A stretch of 63,671 nucleotides of DNA, counting the filler, from Octopus bimaculoides (taxonomy: Eukaryota): assembly GCF_001194135.2 (NCBI RefSeq). It is 4 parts of 4 records of this genome, joined end to end, with 100 filler letters (N's around TTAATTAATTAA, not from the genome) between each part and the next. Parts side by side here need not be neighbours in the genome. Positions count along the whole stretch, not along the records: positions 24,568 to 48,048 come from NC_069004.1; 3 more parts are not named here. One strand, written 5' to 3'. Made by a program: the position numbers and the translations under genes. Below the pieces are notes generated by a model. The model was not told the origin of the DNA. It saw only the letters and a program-made list of their open reading frames with translations, and ran no database searches. Shown here piece by piece: positions 27,424 through 40,500 of this stretch. The number at the start of each line of letters is the position of its first letter. The first letter of the stretch is position 1.

Positions 27424-27566
27424 CTATCTATTTATCTATCTATCTATTTCTCTATCTGTTTGACGGTCTGTCTGCCTGTCCGTCCATATACGCGTGTCTG
27501 TGTGTCCAGTCCGATGTAAAAAGGAAAAACTATATCTCGTTTCATCTCAGCAGCTTTCTTCCTCCC

Positions 27567-27602
<36 letters not shown>

Positions 27603-28258
27603 NNNNNNNNNNNNNNNNNNNNNNNNNNNNNNNNNNNNNNNNNNNNNNNNNNNNNNNNNNNNNNNNNNNNNNNNNNNNNNNNNNNNNNNNNNNNNNNNNN
27701 NNNNNNNNNNNNNNNNNNNNNNNNNNNNNTATATATATATATATATATATATATATCCAGTCTGGTCAGGAATATTATTCACCAAAACACAACAGGAATA
27801 CGAAACGAAAGGAAAACCTCGCCTCAACTGGATCAATTAACTGCCAACAACAACAACAACACCAACAACCACTATCATCACCATCGCAACAACCGTGTCT
27901 ACTGCTAACACCAGCACCACCACTACTACCACTACTACCACCGCTACTACTATACAGACGCGACAACAACAGCAATAACAACAATAATGCACGACTGGCA
28001 GGACCTGGGTCATTTCTAGTCCAACTACCACCACCACTACGACTGCTGGACTACCACTACCATCAACTACAACTGCAGCCTCTGTTACTACTGCTACTAC
28101 TAGTAGCATTGGGACCATCTAAACCGTGACCACCACAAACTGGACGACAATAATAATCACAACGCTAACAGCAATCAGAGCAAGGAATTGTCGCATCTCA
28201 TAGTCATATATTCATATTGTAGTATAGGCGGTGGTGGTGGTGGTGGCGGTAGCGGTGT

Positions 28259-28298
<40 letters not shown>

Positions 28299-28552
28299 AA
28301 ATTATCAAGTGTGTTGAATATGCCGTGTAAACCACAATACGTCAAGCAATATATAGACATTTAATACACACAAACACACACTCGATACATACATACATAC
28401 ATATATATGTATCCATATATACATATATATATATGTGTGTATATGTATGTACGTATGCATGTATAATTTTTAATTTATCCGTATGAAATGCCTTAACTAC
28501 TGTGTATATATCAATACATCAATGTATATACCCATATATAACACATAAATAT

Positions 28553-28602
<50 letters not shown>

Positions 28603-28775
28603 CAGATAGAGCGAAACAGTTAAACACACACACACGCACGCGCACACACCACTGTGCTTGCTTCATTCATAGAATAACCCGCATCATTAGCTATATATAT
28701 GTATATATATAATATTTATATTTATATATACACACATGCATGCATACATCAGTGTCTTTAAAGAACAGCAGCAGC

Positions 28776-28806
<31 letters not shown>

Positions 28807-28809
<3 letters not shown>

Positions 28810-28945
28810 GCAACACCATCCACATCATTAAAAACAACAACGACTACCATAATTATTATTATGATTGCCAAAATGATGGTGCTATTAGGAATTCTAAACC
28901 TGGCCACAGCGCTGCCGGATTTTACCCGAATGGCAATCCTACAAA
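28807..28945 (+). CDS. Probable first coding exon encoding a signal peptide
   Basis: ATG in ACAACAATGG context with an in-frame TAA upstream. It reads MATPSTSLKTTTTTIIIIMIAKMMVLLGILNLATALPDFTRMAILQ+1 nt, followed by a consensus donor A|GTAAGT at 28946. It has a hydrophobic core with an A-T-A cleavage-like motif, and alternative ATGs at 28861 and 28873. The phase-1 end is compatible with the EGF exon at 46919. Confidence 0.55.
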
Positions 28946-28997
28946 GTAAGTAAATCGTCATCATCATCATCATCATCATCATTATTATTGTTATTGA

Positions 28998-29052
<55 letters not shown>

Positions 29053-29453
29053 ATACCGTTACTGTTTCTTTTTTAGCATCGTATGTTCCCCCACCCCTCG
29101 TTTTTTGCTTTAAAATAACGAAATAAATATTCATAACATGACACAGAATGTAATATAATACAATATGCAACATGAAATAGTAAGGGAACATTCAATAATG
29201 TAGTCCCAGGTAGGCTATGACAGAGAAGAAAATAAAAGATACAAAACAACGATGATGTCCATGTTAGGAATGGGGCTTTACTGTTTGAACCAGCGAGAGA
29301 GTCACGATGGGATTGTCGCGGCCCGAGCTCCCAGAAGTAGCAACCAAATATAACATGATATAATATATAATGTGATATTATATCATATAATATTAATATC
29401 ATTATGATATATATACGCTATGATATAATATTAATATACCTTATCTCTCTCTC

Positions 29454-29488
<35 letters not shown>

Positions 29489-29894
29489 GTATGTATGTAT
29501 AATATATTATATTTGATTGTTGTTGTTTCGCCCTACACCAATTCTGATCCAGCTGTCGCCAATGATCCTAGGCGTTCCAACAGTGACCATTGCATCCACG
29601 CTTTTATTTATTTAAACATTGTCCACGTAGGACTACACCATCCACCATGTTCTCCTTTCTGTTTTAAGATGGTGAAGCGTGCCTTGAGGAAGGGGCATAT
29701 GCCTACTCTTTCTAGCATGGTTGATGTCTGCATAGAGACTTCCTCTGTTCATTCAAATAATCGATATCACATAATTTGATATGATTTTGAAATCGATATC
29801 TTCTGACTGGCTCAGAGCGGGAAACGTGTCTAGGCGACCTCAGTACATTACAGGTATTAACATTATTATTCAAACCGAAAATGTGATCTGTGTG

Positions 29895-30500
29895 TGACCA
29901 CTTAAGTTGTTAGAAGTAGCAGCTAAATTTCCCCCCAAAATAACTCCCGCTCCCCGTGTACCTTAAAAAAGGACATGTTGGTTTGGGTTCCGTGTATATA
30001 GAGGAAGGGGACACGGTCACGGCTGGAACGTCAACGATCAGGACTACCCAGGGATAAACAGTAAAAACATCTGGTTATTTCTTTACTCGAGCCAATGAGA
30101 GGGAGGGATGGCCACAATGATCAAGCTGCTAGAAATAACAGCTAAATTTCTCTGAAACTGTCCTCTACAGGCATTCATTAGACAATGTGGCTCCTGGTAG
30201 TCTGTACGGTGAAATGGTCATTTTTGGAACACATATGATCATAGACCTGTACTCGACTAGTTGTAACCTGGGGTTGAACCACATGCACCACCACCACTAT
30301 TACTACAACGCGGCACCAAACAAGGATACTCGTCTCTCGTCGGACCTGCTAGAAATAACAGCCATATAAATCTCTCACAAAATCACTCTCAAAAAGGAAG
30401 AACACATAGACTAGACAGCGTAGTCCTAGATACATTATGTCTTAAAAGACAGGATGGTCGCCACTGGGACGCCTGTGGTCATACATTGTTGAATCAATGA
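29895..30500 (+). mobile_element. Three tandem degenerate copies of a third interspersed repeat (family C, starting GCTAGAAATAACAGC-like)
   Basis: The recurrent (G)CTAGAAATAACAGC...GGTCACGGCTGGAA-like body appears at about 29895, 30120 and 30345. Related pieces lie at 37560-37700(-), 44450-44600(+) and 49380-49600(-). Confidence 0.5.
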
Positions 30501-31719
30501 CAAACACCGACCAAATACCAGTAATTAATCGGGTTAACGTTGGAACTAATGTCGCTAATATTATAGAATGCATGACATTGCTAATATGTGTGACACACAC
30601 ACACAGCAATATGAAGATTGTAATGTCTGCTACGCTAGACATAGGTGTCGAGTGAGTGTCTTGTAGCGGGAGAGGAACAATTAAAGTGAATTCACACAAC
30701 TTCGTAACCTTCGGTCAATGTGTTGTGCGCGCGCGCGCGCGTTTGGCGGGGAATTAGCAGAATCGTTGGAGCATGCGGGAGAGCAATAGTGCCTTGCGGT
30801 ATCTATGTCCCAGCTCTGCATTCGACTTGGCCTTTCTCAAACACGCATACCCTTCTTGGTTTCTCTCTCTTTGCAAGCAATTCTTTGTGGTCAGATTTGA
30901 AGAGGTATGCGTCCAAGACATACCATATGTCACTACGACGCCTCTGCTTTAAAAATCCAAGAGTTTTTACTTGAAGGCACGGTTAAAATATTTTGTAATA
31001 ATCACTCCAGCTCTCAACGTTCTGAATTTCAATGCCATCAAAGTCAACTTTTTTCATGGTCGATAAATAAAGTACCAGACGATGATTGGCGGATGTGGAG
31101 GGTGGAGAGCTACTGGCTGATTTGTTTGAGCGTCCCACCGTATAGTTTGTGGTGTTTATTGCAGCGTTCTGGCGGCAGCTTCTGCGACAAACGCTGGTGC
31201 TTGCCTTTCTCTTAGTCGACGTTAGTGTGATGGAGAACGGACGCTTGCTTGCCTGAATAACTTGAAGTCTTCCTTAAAAGGAAATCCTTGTGCAGGTCTC
31301 TACCGCGGAGAGAATGTTCCCAGGTTCAGATCCACAGTCCCACGAGATATACAGAGACCCACATCCCCGGACAAGATGTAAAATACAATACTATAACTAA
31401 TAATAATATTTTTTTGTAGAGTGTCCAGCAACTAAATTCCACTCGCAAGACATTGGTCAACTCTAAGTTTAATAGAAGACCCTTGTGCAAGGTGATGCAC
31501 TATGAAATCGAACCCAGAACCACGTGGTTGCAAAGCAAACTGTTTAACCACACTACTATGCCTTCGGCTATATGTTTACAATTCGTCTCTGCTCAGTTGC
31601 CGTTGAACGCCAGGCTCTGTCACGTCCGCAGCGCCTCGCCCTTATCATACCGAACTACAAACAATTAATTCCTTCCCATTTTATCCAAAATAACCAAGTT
31701 CCAAAATGTTAGGTGCCAC

Positions 31720-32170
31720 CTTGATCTCTCATTTGGTTGTTTGATTGCTTTATTTAAACGTCCACTTAAATATTTTTAATGGCGTTGGTCGGGGAATCCT
31801 TATTCATGTTGGTCATGTTGGTCAATAGCAGATATAACGGACTCTTTATATTGTGGGCATACGTGTTGGTCTCCTTCTTAGCGGCACCCCAAAAGGAGTA
31901 GTTCAGGGGTTTAAATCAAGAGACCTAGGACGCCAAACATTAGGGATAATATGATCACGAAGATTTTCGACCGTCCACTCCTTGATCGTGCAGGCTGTGT
32001 GCGAGAGTGTTGAGTCTTCTGGGAACACGTAGGGTCACCACAGAAGAAAACTCTCTCGATTTAGGGCTTCACAACTGTCTCCATTGCCTCGATGTAAGCT
32101 GCAGCATTGACCCAAAGACCTTGCAGAGAAAGGGAGAAGACATGACATGGCCCGCATTACTCACGACCCC
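31720..32170 (-). mobile_element. Decayed Tc1/mariner DD37D (maT-type) transposase, C-terminal catalytic part
   Basis: Reconstructed: GVVSNAGHVM...GLWVNAAAYIEAMETVVKP*IERV...PYVFPEDSTLSHTACTIKEWTVENLRDHIIPNVWRPRSLDLNPLNYSFWGAAKKETN. There are 37 residues between the second D and the mutated third catalytic position. Truncated by the gap at 32171. Confidence 0.85.
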
Positions 32171-33589
32171 NNNNNNNNNNNNNNNNNNNNNNNNNNNNNN
32201 NNNNNNNNNNNNNNNNNNNNNNNNNNNNNNNNNNNNNNNNNNNNNNNNNNNNNNNNNNNNNNNNNNNNNNNNNNNNNNNNNNNNNNNNNNNNNNNNNNNN
32301 NNNNNNNNNNNNNNNNNNNNNNNNNNNNNNNNNNNNNNNNNNNNNNNNNNNNNNNNNNNNNNNNNNNNNNNNNNNNNNNNNNNNNNNNNNNNNNNNNNNN
32401 NNNNNNNNNNNNNNNNNNNNNNNNNNNNNNNNNNNNNNNNNNNNNNNNNNNNNNNNNNNNNNNNNNNNNNNNNNNNNNNNNNNNNNNNNNNNNNNNNNNN
32501 NNNNNNNNNNNNNNNNNNNNNNNNNNNNNNNNNNNNNNNNNNNNNNNNNNNNNNNNNNNNNNNNNNNNNNNNNNNNNNNNNNNNNNNNNNNNNNNNNNNN
32601 NNNNNNNNNNNNNNNNNNNNNNNNNNNNNNNNNNNNNNNNNNNNNNNNNNNNNNNNNNNNNNNNNNNNNNNNNNNNNNNNNNNNNNNNNNNNNNNNNNNN
32701 NNNNNNNNNNNNNNNNNNNNNNNNNNNNNNNNNNNNNNNNNNNNNNNNNNNNNNNNNNNNNNNNNNNNNNNNNNNNNNNNNNNNNNNNNNNNNNNNNNNN
32801 NNNNNNNNNNNNNNNNNNNNNNNNNNNNNNNNNNNNNNNNNNNNNNNNNNNNNNNNNNNNNNNNNNNNNNNNNNNNNNNNNNNNNNNNNNNNNNNNNNNN
32901 NNNNNNNNNNNNNNNNNNNNNNNNNNNNNNNNNNNNNNNNNNNNNNNNNNNNNNNNNNNNNNNNNNNNNNNNNNNNNNNNNNNNNNNNNNNNNNNNNNNN
33001 NNNNNNNNNNNNNNNNNNNNNNNNNNNNNNNNNNNNNNNNNNNNNNNNNNNNNNNNNNNNNNNNNNNNNNNNNNNNNNNNNNNNNNNNNNNNNNNNNNNN
33101 NNNNNNNNNNNNNNNNNNNNNNNNNNNTGTGTGTGTGTGTGTGTGTGTGTGTGTGTCTGAGGAAACTCAAAAAAGTCCGACAATGCTTAATCGCATTCCA
33201 CCTGAAAAAGCACCAACAGCATCATCATTATCGTTTTTAAACCGTCATCCTAACTCCTCCTGCTCCTCCTCCTCTCCCTCTAGACAATAGTCTCATTCCT
33301 GGCTTTCATTAGCTTCGCCTTGGTGCAACGGTCTTCTCGTATTCCGGCAGACATCGATTGGTCCAGCATCGATCACCGCCGGGCAATTATTACTTCCTGT
33401 TGTTGCTGTTACTGTTGTTGTCGTTATTGCTGTTCCTGTTGCTGCTGCTGCTGCTGCTGATGATGATGATGATTAGGATGATGATGCTTTTGTAAATTAT
33501 ACCGGTGAAAAAAGGTTTTCGTCATCACCATTCCACCACCACCACCGCTGCTGCTGCTACCACTACACCAACAGCAACTGCTACTGCTA

Positions 33590-34367
33590 GCAATTTCGGG
33601 GAAGCGGATAAGTCGATTACATCGACCCCAGCATTCAACTGGTATCTAATTTATCGACCCCGAAAAGATGAAAAGCAAAGTCAACCTCGGCGGAATTTGA
33701 ACTCAGAACGTAGCGATGGGTGAAATACCACTAAGCATTTCGATCAGGGTTCGAACGACTCTGCCGGTACGCCGCCTTAATAATAATAGTAATAATAAAT
33801 ATCATTTTTATTATAGGCACAAGGCCTGAAATATGGTGGAGGGGGATAGTCGATTACATCGACTCCAGTGTTTCACTGGTACTTAATTTATCGACCCCAA
33901 AAGGATGAAAGGCAAAGTCGAACTCGGCGAAATTTGAACTCGGAATGTAGCGACGGGTAAAATACCGCTTCGCATTTTGCCCGGCGTGCTCACAACTTTG
34001 TCAGCTCGCCGCCTAAATATTATTATTATTATTATTATTATTATTATNNNNNNNNNNNNNNNNNNNNNNNNNNNNNNNNNNNNNNNNNNNNNNNNNNNNN
34101 NNNNNNNNNNNNNNNNNNNNNNNNNNNNNNNNNNNNNNNNNNNNNNNNNNNNNNNNNNNNNNNNNNNNNNNNNNNNNNNNNNNNNNNNNNNNNNNNNNNN
34201 NNNNNNNNNNNNNNNNNNNNNNNNNNTGGTACTTAATTTATCGACCCCAAAAGGATGAAAGGCAAAGTCGAACTCGGCGAAATTTGAACTCGGAATGTAG
34301 CGACGGGTAAAATACCGCTTCGCATTTTGCCCGGCGTGCTCACAACTTTGTCAGCTCGCCGCCTAAA

Positions 34368-34437
<70 letters not shown>

Positions 34438-34620
34438 AGCCTCGGGGTTCACGTCCAATATTCTACCATTTCCGTCTGTTCATCAACCTAGAGTGGGACT
34501 TTACTTCTTGACCCCGGAATTATGAAAGACAATACTGACCTCGGTGGGATATGAACTCAGAAAGCAAGAAACCCGAATAAATAACGCAAGGCATTTCCGT
34601 CGATGCTCCAGCGACTCAAT
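33590..34620 (-). mobile_element. Cluster of family A SINE monomers (33590-33779, 33800-34016, 34228-34366, 34490-34620)
   Basis: Each contains ATTTATCGACCCC..AAAGGATGAAAGGCAAAGTCGAC...GAATTTGAACTC or a degenerate version. 34228-34366 is identical to 33878-34016 across a gap and is probably an assembly duplicate. Confidence 0.85.
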
Positions 34621-34706
34621 GTAGAAACAAGGAAGGACATATTGGATTTTGTGGTCTTAGATATATCTGAAACAAAAGAGAACTGGATGGATCCAACTAA
34701 TAAGAC

Positions 34707-35017
34707 TTCGACACAGGACTGTTGCGTTCGACCACGGTACTGTGGTATTCGACTTTCGACCAAGTGTTCGACCACAGGTGTGTTGTGATCGACTTTCCAC
34801 CACAGAGCTGTTGTGTTCGACTATTGGACTGTGGTGTTCGACCATAGGAGCGGTGTTTTCGACCACAGGACTGTGGTTTTCGGTCATAGGACTGTTGTGT
34901 TCGACTTTTGACCACAGGACTGTTATGTTCGACCACAGGACTGTGGCGTTCGCCCATAAGACTGCTGTGATCGACTTTAACCATAGGACTGTAGTGTTCG
35001 GCCCCAGGACTGTTGTG
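34707..35017. repeat. Minisatellite, ~14 copies of a 21-bp unit TTCGACCACAGGACTGTTGTG with periodic 7-bp TTCGACT inserts
   Basis: Units read directly from the sequence. They are head-to-tail with no unique spacers, so this is not a CRISPR array. Confidence 0.9.
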
Positions 35018-35043
35018 TTATTATTATTATTATTATTATTATT

Positions 35044-35465
35044 CAGTAGTTTTATTTTTATAACGTGCTTTCACTTCACTACCGAGCGCAGCTCTGTGCG
35101 TCTTGGGTATGTGCTGTGGTTTGCTGTGGTGCTCTTATGTTTACTGTATTGAAAGTGTTTTGCGTAGAATGTGTGCAGTACCCAGTAGTGCAATTTTCTG
35201 TATGTTATATATATTTGTAAGTCCTGGTGTTTTTGTTATGTATTTGTCTGAATATTTTTTTATTATACCTAAGGCACCTACTATGATAGGAATTGTTTCT
35301 GTTTTTAGATTCCACATTCGAGTTATCTCTATTTCCAGGTCTTTGTATTTTGAAAGTTTTTCCATTTCTTTTAGAGAAACGTTGTCATCTGCTGGTATTG
35401 AAACATCAATTAGAAGGCATTTTTTTCCTTCATGATCTTTGACAACTATATCTGGTCTATTTGCC

Positions 35466-35468
<3 letters not shown>
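35044..35468 (-). mobile_element. 5'-truncated R4/Dong-clade non-LTR retrotransposon (restriction-like endonuclease C-terminus plus 3' UTR)
   Basis: Uninterrupted minus-strand frame 35467-35141: KANRPDIVVKDHEGKKCLLIDVSIPADDNVSLKEMEKLSKYKDLEIEITRMWNLKTETIPIIVGALG...IQKIALLGTAHILRKTLSIQ*. This has the RPD...ID...K-x2-KY PD-(D/E)xK signature. Flanked on both sides by (TAA)n. Confidence 0.85.
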
Positions 35469-35529
<61 letters not shown>

Positions 35530-35750
35530 TTCATTATGATGCATTTGATTAGGCCGAAGCCAAGCTGAAGCTCTTCTAATTCCTCTTCTAGATGAAACCG
35601 GAAACCATTGTTCTTCGTTAATTATTCTTTCCCGCCATTCCTTCCACACAACACAGAGAACTTCTAAAATCTGTTGATGACTTCAGCTCTACTTGATTCC
35701 ACTTCTTCCACCTCAACTTGCCTTCCTTCGTTCATTATAACCCTTGTCTT

Positions 35751-35797
<47 letters not shown>

Positions 35798-35950
35798 GTA
35801 TTGTTATTGTGGTCACCCTTCCTTCCAGCCACCTGTAAACCAACCAATTTCTTCGTTTTCCACTTGTGACGCCGCATTGAATACTTCTGATTCTTCGTAC
35901 GAAACGTTTCCTTTGTATTCGTATATATCTATATATATATACGTGCATGC

Positions 35951-36010
<60 letters not shown>

Positions 36011-36032
36011 NNNNNNNNNNNNACGTGCATGC

Positions 36033-36093
<61 letters not shown>

Positions 36094-36788
36094 GGATTTT
36101 ATGGTACCAGTAGCACTCATGAGAGACCTCACAAGTGACCTGACACACATACATACATACATACACACATACACACATACACACATACATACATACATAC
36201 ATAGACCATATCATAAAAGCCAGAATTGTTTATTGAGAAGAAAATTCAATATTCTTGTTTTTGCAACTTTACTAGTGAGTGGCAAAGACTCAAAGCGAAA
36301 TACTTTAATTTCAGTTTTCTAATAAAATAGAATTTCTATCGTCTTCTTGCACTGTTTCTTTTTTTTTCTTTTTTTTTTTAGATAATCAACACTAAATAAT
36401 TGATATTAATAGAACTGGTGTACGTTCTATAAACAGATAATCGATATTTGTAGAACTAGTATAGATATGCCGTCAAGAATGACGGGAAACGAACATTAAA
36501 TAATAAAGTTAAAATGGAGAAAACTACATTTACTTTTAAATGAAGTTATTTAAAAATTTGAAATAAAATTAGCATTGATCTATCGTGAATAATAAAATAT
36601 TTTTGGGTTCAATAATTGCTTTACAGTCGGAAAATTTAATTGATTGCAGAGAAATAATTGTGTAAAAATGTACCAATGGAAATAAGCACAATAAGATTTC
36701 GAATTATCTCTCTTCATATTACATGAAATCTAGATATACACAACGGTATTTATTACAAGAGTGATTTTCAAAAGAAAGATAAATATAC

Positions 36789-37168
36789 AGGCTTGGATAT
36801 GTGGTTGAGAAGCTTGATTTCCAACCACGTTGCTTTGGGTTCAGTTTCACTGCGCGGAGCCTTAGGTGAATGCTCTCTGCTACAACCCCGGGCTAACCAA
36901 AGCCTTGTGAGCTGATTTATACACGAAAACTGAGAGAAGCCCGTTGTATGTGCGCGTGCACGCGTGCATGTATCTGTGCATGCGCATCTTTGTGTTTGTG
37001 TTTGTCCTCCATTACCGTTTGACAACCAGTGTTGGTTTGTTTGCAGCCCCGTAATTTTCGCCAAAACTGACCGATAGAATAAGTATCAGGCTCAAAAAAT
37101 AAGTACTACAGTCAAGGTGGTGCCCCAGCATGGCCGCTGTCGTAAGACTAAAACAAGTAAAAGAATAA
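36789..37168 (+). mobile_element. Family B SINE, near full length
   Basis: Same body as 23785-24150. Further copies lie at about 20700-20872(-), 31470-31570(-), 43505-43660(-), 44690-44950(+), 48270-48510(+) and 50850-51220(+). Confidence 0.8.
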
Positions 37169-39285
37169 CCACAGCTTATCGTTTTCGTGTGCATTTGTTT
37201 TTATCAAATCTGGCGACAAGAAAATCATTTGAAACCAAGTCTCTGATAGAATTTGGTGGTTCGGAAAGTGCACGAATCGTAGACAAGCAGGCCACGTGTG
37301 TTAACTTCAGTAATATCGAGTTGTTAAAGTTTGTTCCTTCCTCTCTGCTTCAGTTTCTGTTTTCTAACTCCCCCCCCCACACACACACACACACTTAATG
37401 CTGACATCAAAACTTAAACGTCAACTTTGAGTTTTTACAATCTCTTGTAAATTACAGGCGAAGTACTTCAAGACATCCTCATTATCGTCGTCATCATCAT
37501 CATCATCATCAGAGCTAGCATCATCATCATCATCATCATCAGTAAAAGAATTTCGATCAAAGGCGTTCCAGTTGTGTCCATCCTGTCCCTTTTTTTTAAT
37601 ACATCGTATATCAAGGACTACATTATCCAATGTTCCCTTTCTTTTTTAAGACAACAGCATTAATTCAAGAGACTTTCGGCTGCTATTTCTTGCAGACATT
37701 GTAGGAGCACAGAATGGCTGGCCTCGTTTGCTGGTCATCATGAGGAATTGGTCAACAAAGTCACAGTGAAACGCGGCCCACGGCTTTTGTTGGTGTTGTT
37801 GTCGTCGTCGTCATCTAGCTATAAATCGTCCCTAACTGAGTCGATCTATGATCCAAAGCAATCCAACCGTGACCGACACCTCTTTTATTGTATCTCGACA
37901 AGAACTCCAAGACCCCTTTCTCCTCTAAGACGGCGAACTAGCAGAATCGTCAGAGAGTCGGATAAAAGGATGCCTTTGAAGTATCGATACAGGATCCTTT
38001 CATTCTGGTTTCAAATCCCATCGAAGACAAGTTTGTCTTTCACTCTTCCGGGACTGATCGATATATCGGTTGATGAACTGGTACAAACTGTAGGGAATCG
38101 ATAAAAAGTTTCGACCGTTCTCTTCCTAACTTCAAACATCGTTGTCCACCTGAGAAATCTATCGCGTGTACTCGGGTAGCGACTTACCCCGTTACACAGT
38201 TTTAACAGTACCACCAGCTCCTTGGGTACCATTTACAGAAGAGTCCCTTCGGTTGTTGTAAACACTAAGATCAAGTCTCCGGTTGAAAAGATACCTCCCC
38301 CTTCTCCCTTTTCCCTCCCACCAGCTTTTCAGCCCCTTTCAAGAATCACGGTTCCTACTATTCTCTCTTGAAAGAAAATAAAGACGATAGACGAGATTTA
38401 AAAGAGATTTAGCTGTTATTTCTCCAGGTTCACTCACTGGGTCCTTAGGCACGTATATGTGTAGAGGTATGGGGTGGTGTTGTGGGGGCGGGGGGCTAAA
38501 AATGACAACCTAATTAGATATTTTAATTGAGCCAATCTTAATAACAGATCTTCTGAAGTGTTTCACAGACTTCAAGAGTCCTTTCACTTCCGCTTGTCAC
38601 AAACATTCATTTCAATCTATTAGTGGTTGTTGTTGTTGTTGTTGTTGCGGTCGTTGCTGCTTTCGTTGCCATACTGCTGTGGGTTTTTTGTTTGTTTGTT
38701 TTTTTCATAGTCGTTGCTGTTGTTGTTGTAGTTGTTGTTGTCACTGTTGTTTTAGGCTGTTGTTTAAAACTAGGGCCCAACAGAATAGTTCTATACTCAC
38801 ACGGATTCCAATCCTGACCATTATGTCTATTTGGAGCTTTATAGGACTGCATTATCGAACGCAGAGTGTGATTTAACTGCTATTTCTGAGAAGTTGAACG
38901 ACCACTAACAGACCTCCTTGTTGCCTGGTTTCACTAACAATTCTTTATTGTTGCCCTGTTGCTGTTGTTGTTGTTGTTGCTTTTGTTGTTGTTGTTGCTG
39001 CTGCTGTACCTGCTGCGACCATCGAGTGTCACTACTTAAACACTTGAGACAAATGTTTCTATTTACAGCTTCCAAGCTGACGCGAATTTCCTCTGAGGGT
39101 GTGTGTGTGTGTGTGTGTGTGTCGTCTACGTCATTGCTGCACTGAGGCTAATGAAGCCAGGTTCTTAGAACTTCATACTCAAGGCGTACTTCAAACATGA
39201 GTGTAGTCTTACATGGAATAAATGACAGATGTTTAACGAGAACACAACATAGTTTGGTTTAGGTAGATAGATAGAGAGAGAGAGA

Positions 39286-39385
<100 letters not shown>

Positions 39386-39697
39386 TAGATAGACAGACAA
39401 GCAGACAGACAGACAGACAAACGGACGGACGGACGGGCGGGCGGGTAGATAGACAAACAGACAGAGACACTGCTACTGTTCAGGTTTCGGCTTTTATTAT
39501 TAACAATATTATTAACCACATTGTGTTGTGTGATCCCATAAGGTTTCATGTGGTGACAGAAGAACGCAAAGAGCGTGTCAAGAACGAGAGAAATGGCATA
39601 AACTCGATCTTCCTTTATCCCAGGGTAAACATATATAACAGATGTAACACCAAGTTCCGTCCCGTGTTCTTTTTCCTCGTTATATACGAGATAAACA

Positions 39698-39899
39698 AGG
39701 CGGTGGGAGCTGGCCGAATCGTTAGCACGCCGGGCGAAATGCTTAGAGGTATTTCGTCTGCCGCTACGTTCTGAGTTCAAATTCCGCCGAGGTCTACTTT
39801 GCCTTTCATCCTTTCGAGGTCGATAAATTAAGTACCAGTTGCGTACTGAGGTCGACTAGCCCCCTCCTCAAAAATTTCAGGCCTTGTGCCTAGAGTAGA
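39698..39899 (+). mobile_element. Family A SINE monomer
   Basis: GAGCTGGCCGAATCGTTAGCACGCCGGGCGAAATGCTTAG...GAGTTCAAATTCCGCCGAGG. Further degenerate copies lie at about 21290-21415(-), 25060-25255(-), 37925-38100(+), 40210-40330(-) and 50545-50745(-). Confidence 0.85.
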
Positions 39900-40500
39900 G
39901 TAGATATTCGGTGCCCCCTGTTGTCGAGATGGTTTCGCTGTTTCATTACTGAATTCTTTCACTTCCATCGCTAAAGCGTTCATTAAAAAAAAAGTTCTAA
40001 TTAGTACCCCCACTCTCCTCATTAAAGAAAATCTTGGGGGCATCATAAATACCCATCCTGATGATTTAAATTTCAGCTTCCTTGCGAATAAATGACTGGT
40101 CGACTTAGTTTCGCTGCTCTCGTGGCTTCGGATTTGTGCACAAAACCAATAATTTTGATGGCAAAGTATTTGTTGAATTGATCCAATTCAGTCCTTCACC
40201 GTTACTTTATTCTATCGACTCCGAAAGAATGAATAACAAAGTTGTCTTTGGCAGGATTTGAATTCACAAAATGTCGGAACTAGAAATACTGCAAAGCATT
40301 TGTTCCGATAATTTCGCCAATCCACCGCCTTTCCTGTTTTAAACATGAAAAGGAAGTTGGGAGACGCTTTGCTATTTCGAAGTAACTGGTCTTTAGAAAT
40401 AAAGAATTCAATGTTGAAGATCACGAGGAATTCTCAGGTGAGGATTAGGAACAGCTTCCAAAAAGATCTTTATCTGGACAATGATATCGAGGCTATGAGT

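Noticed and set aside
27494-28129. Q/P/L-rich ORF (QSGQEYYSPK...)
   Set aside because: It is built from degenerate triplet repeats, spans a gap, and has no clear splice sites or domain.
33878-34436. Apparent exact tandem duplication of a SINE plus (ATT)n
   Set aside because: Identical copies on either side of an N gap indicate contig-end overlap. The same pattern occurs at 35941/36023, near 54265/54333 and near 59737/59770.
34707-35017. CRISPR-like appearance of the 21-bp array
   Set aside because: There are no unique spacers, units are degenerate and head-to-tail, the context is eukaryotic and there are no cas genes.
39069-39098. 30-nt phase-1/1 micro-exon candidate (also 41421-41480)
   Set aside because: The donors (GTGTGT, GTGTGA) are weak and the peptides are uninformative.
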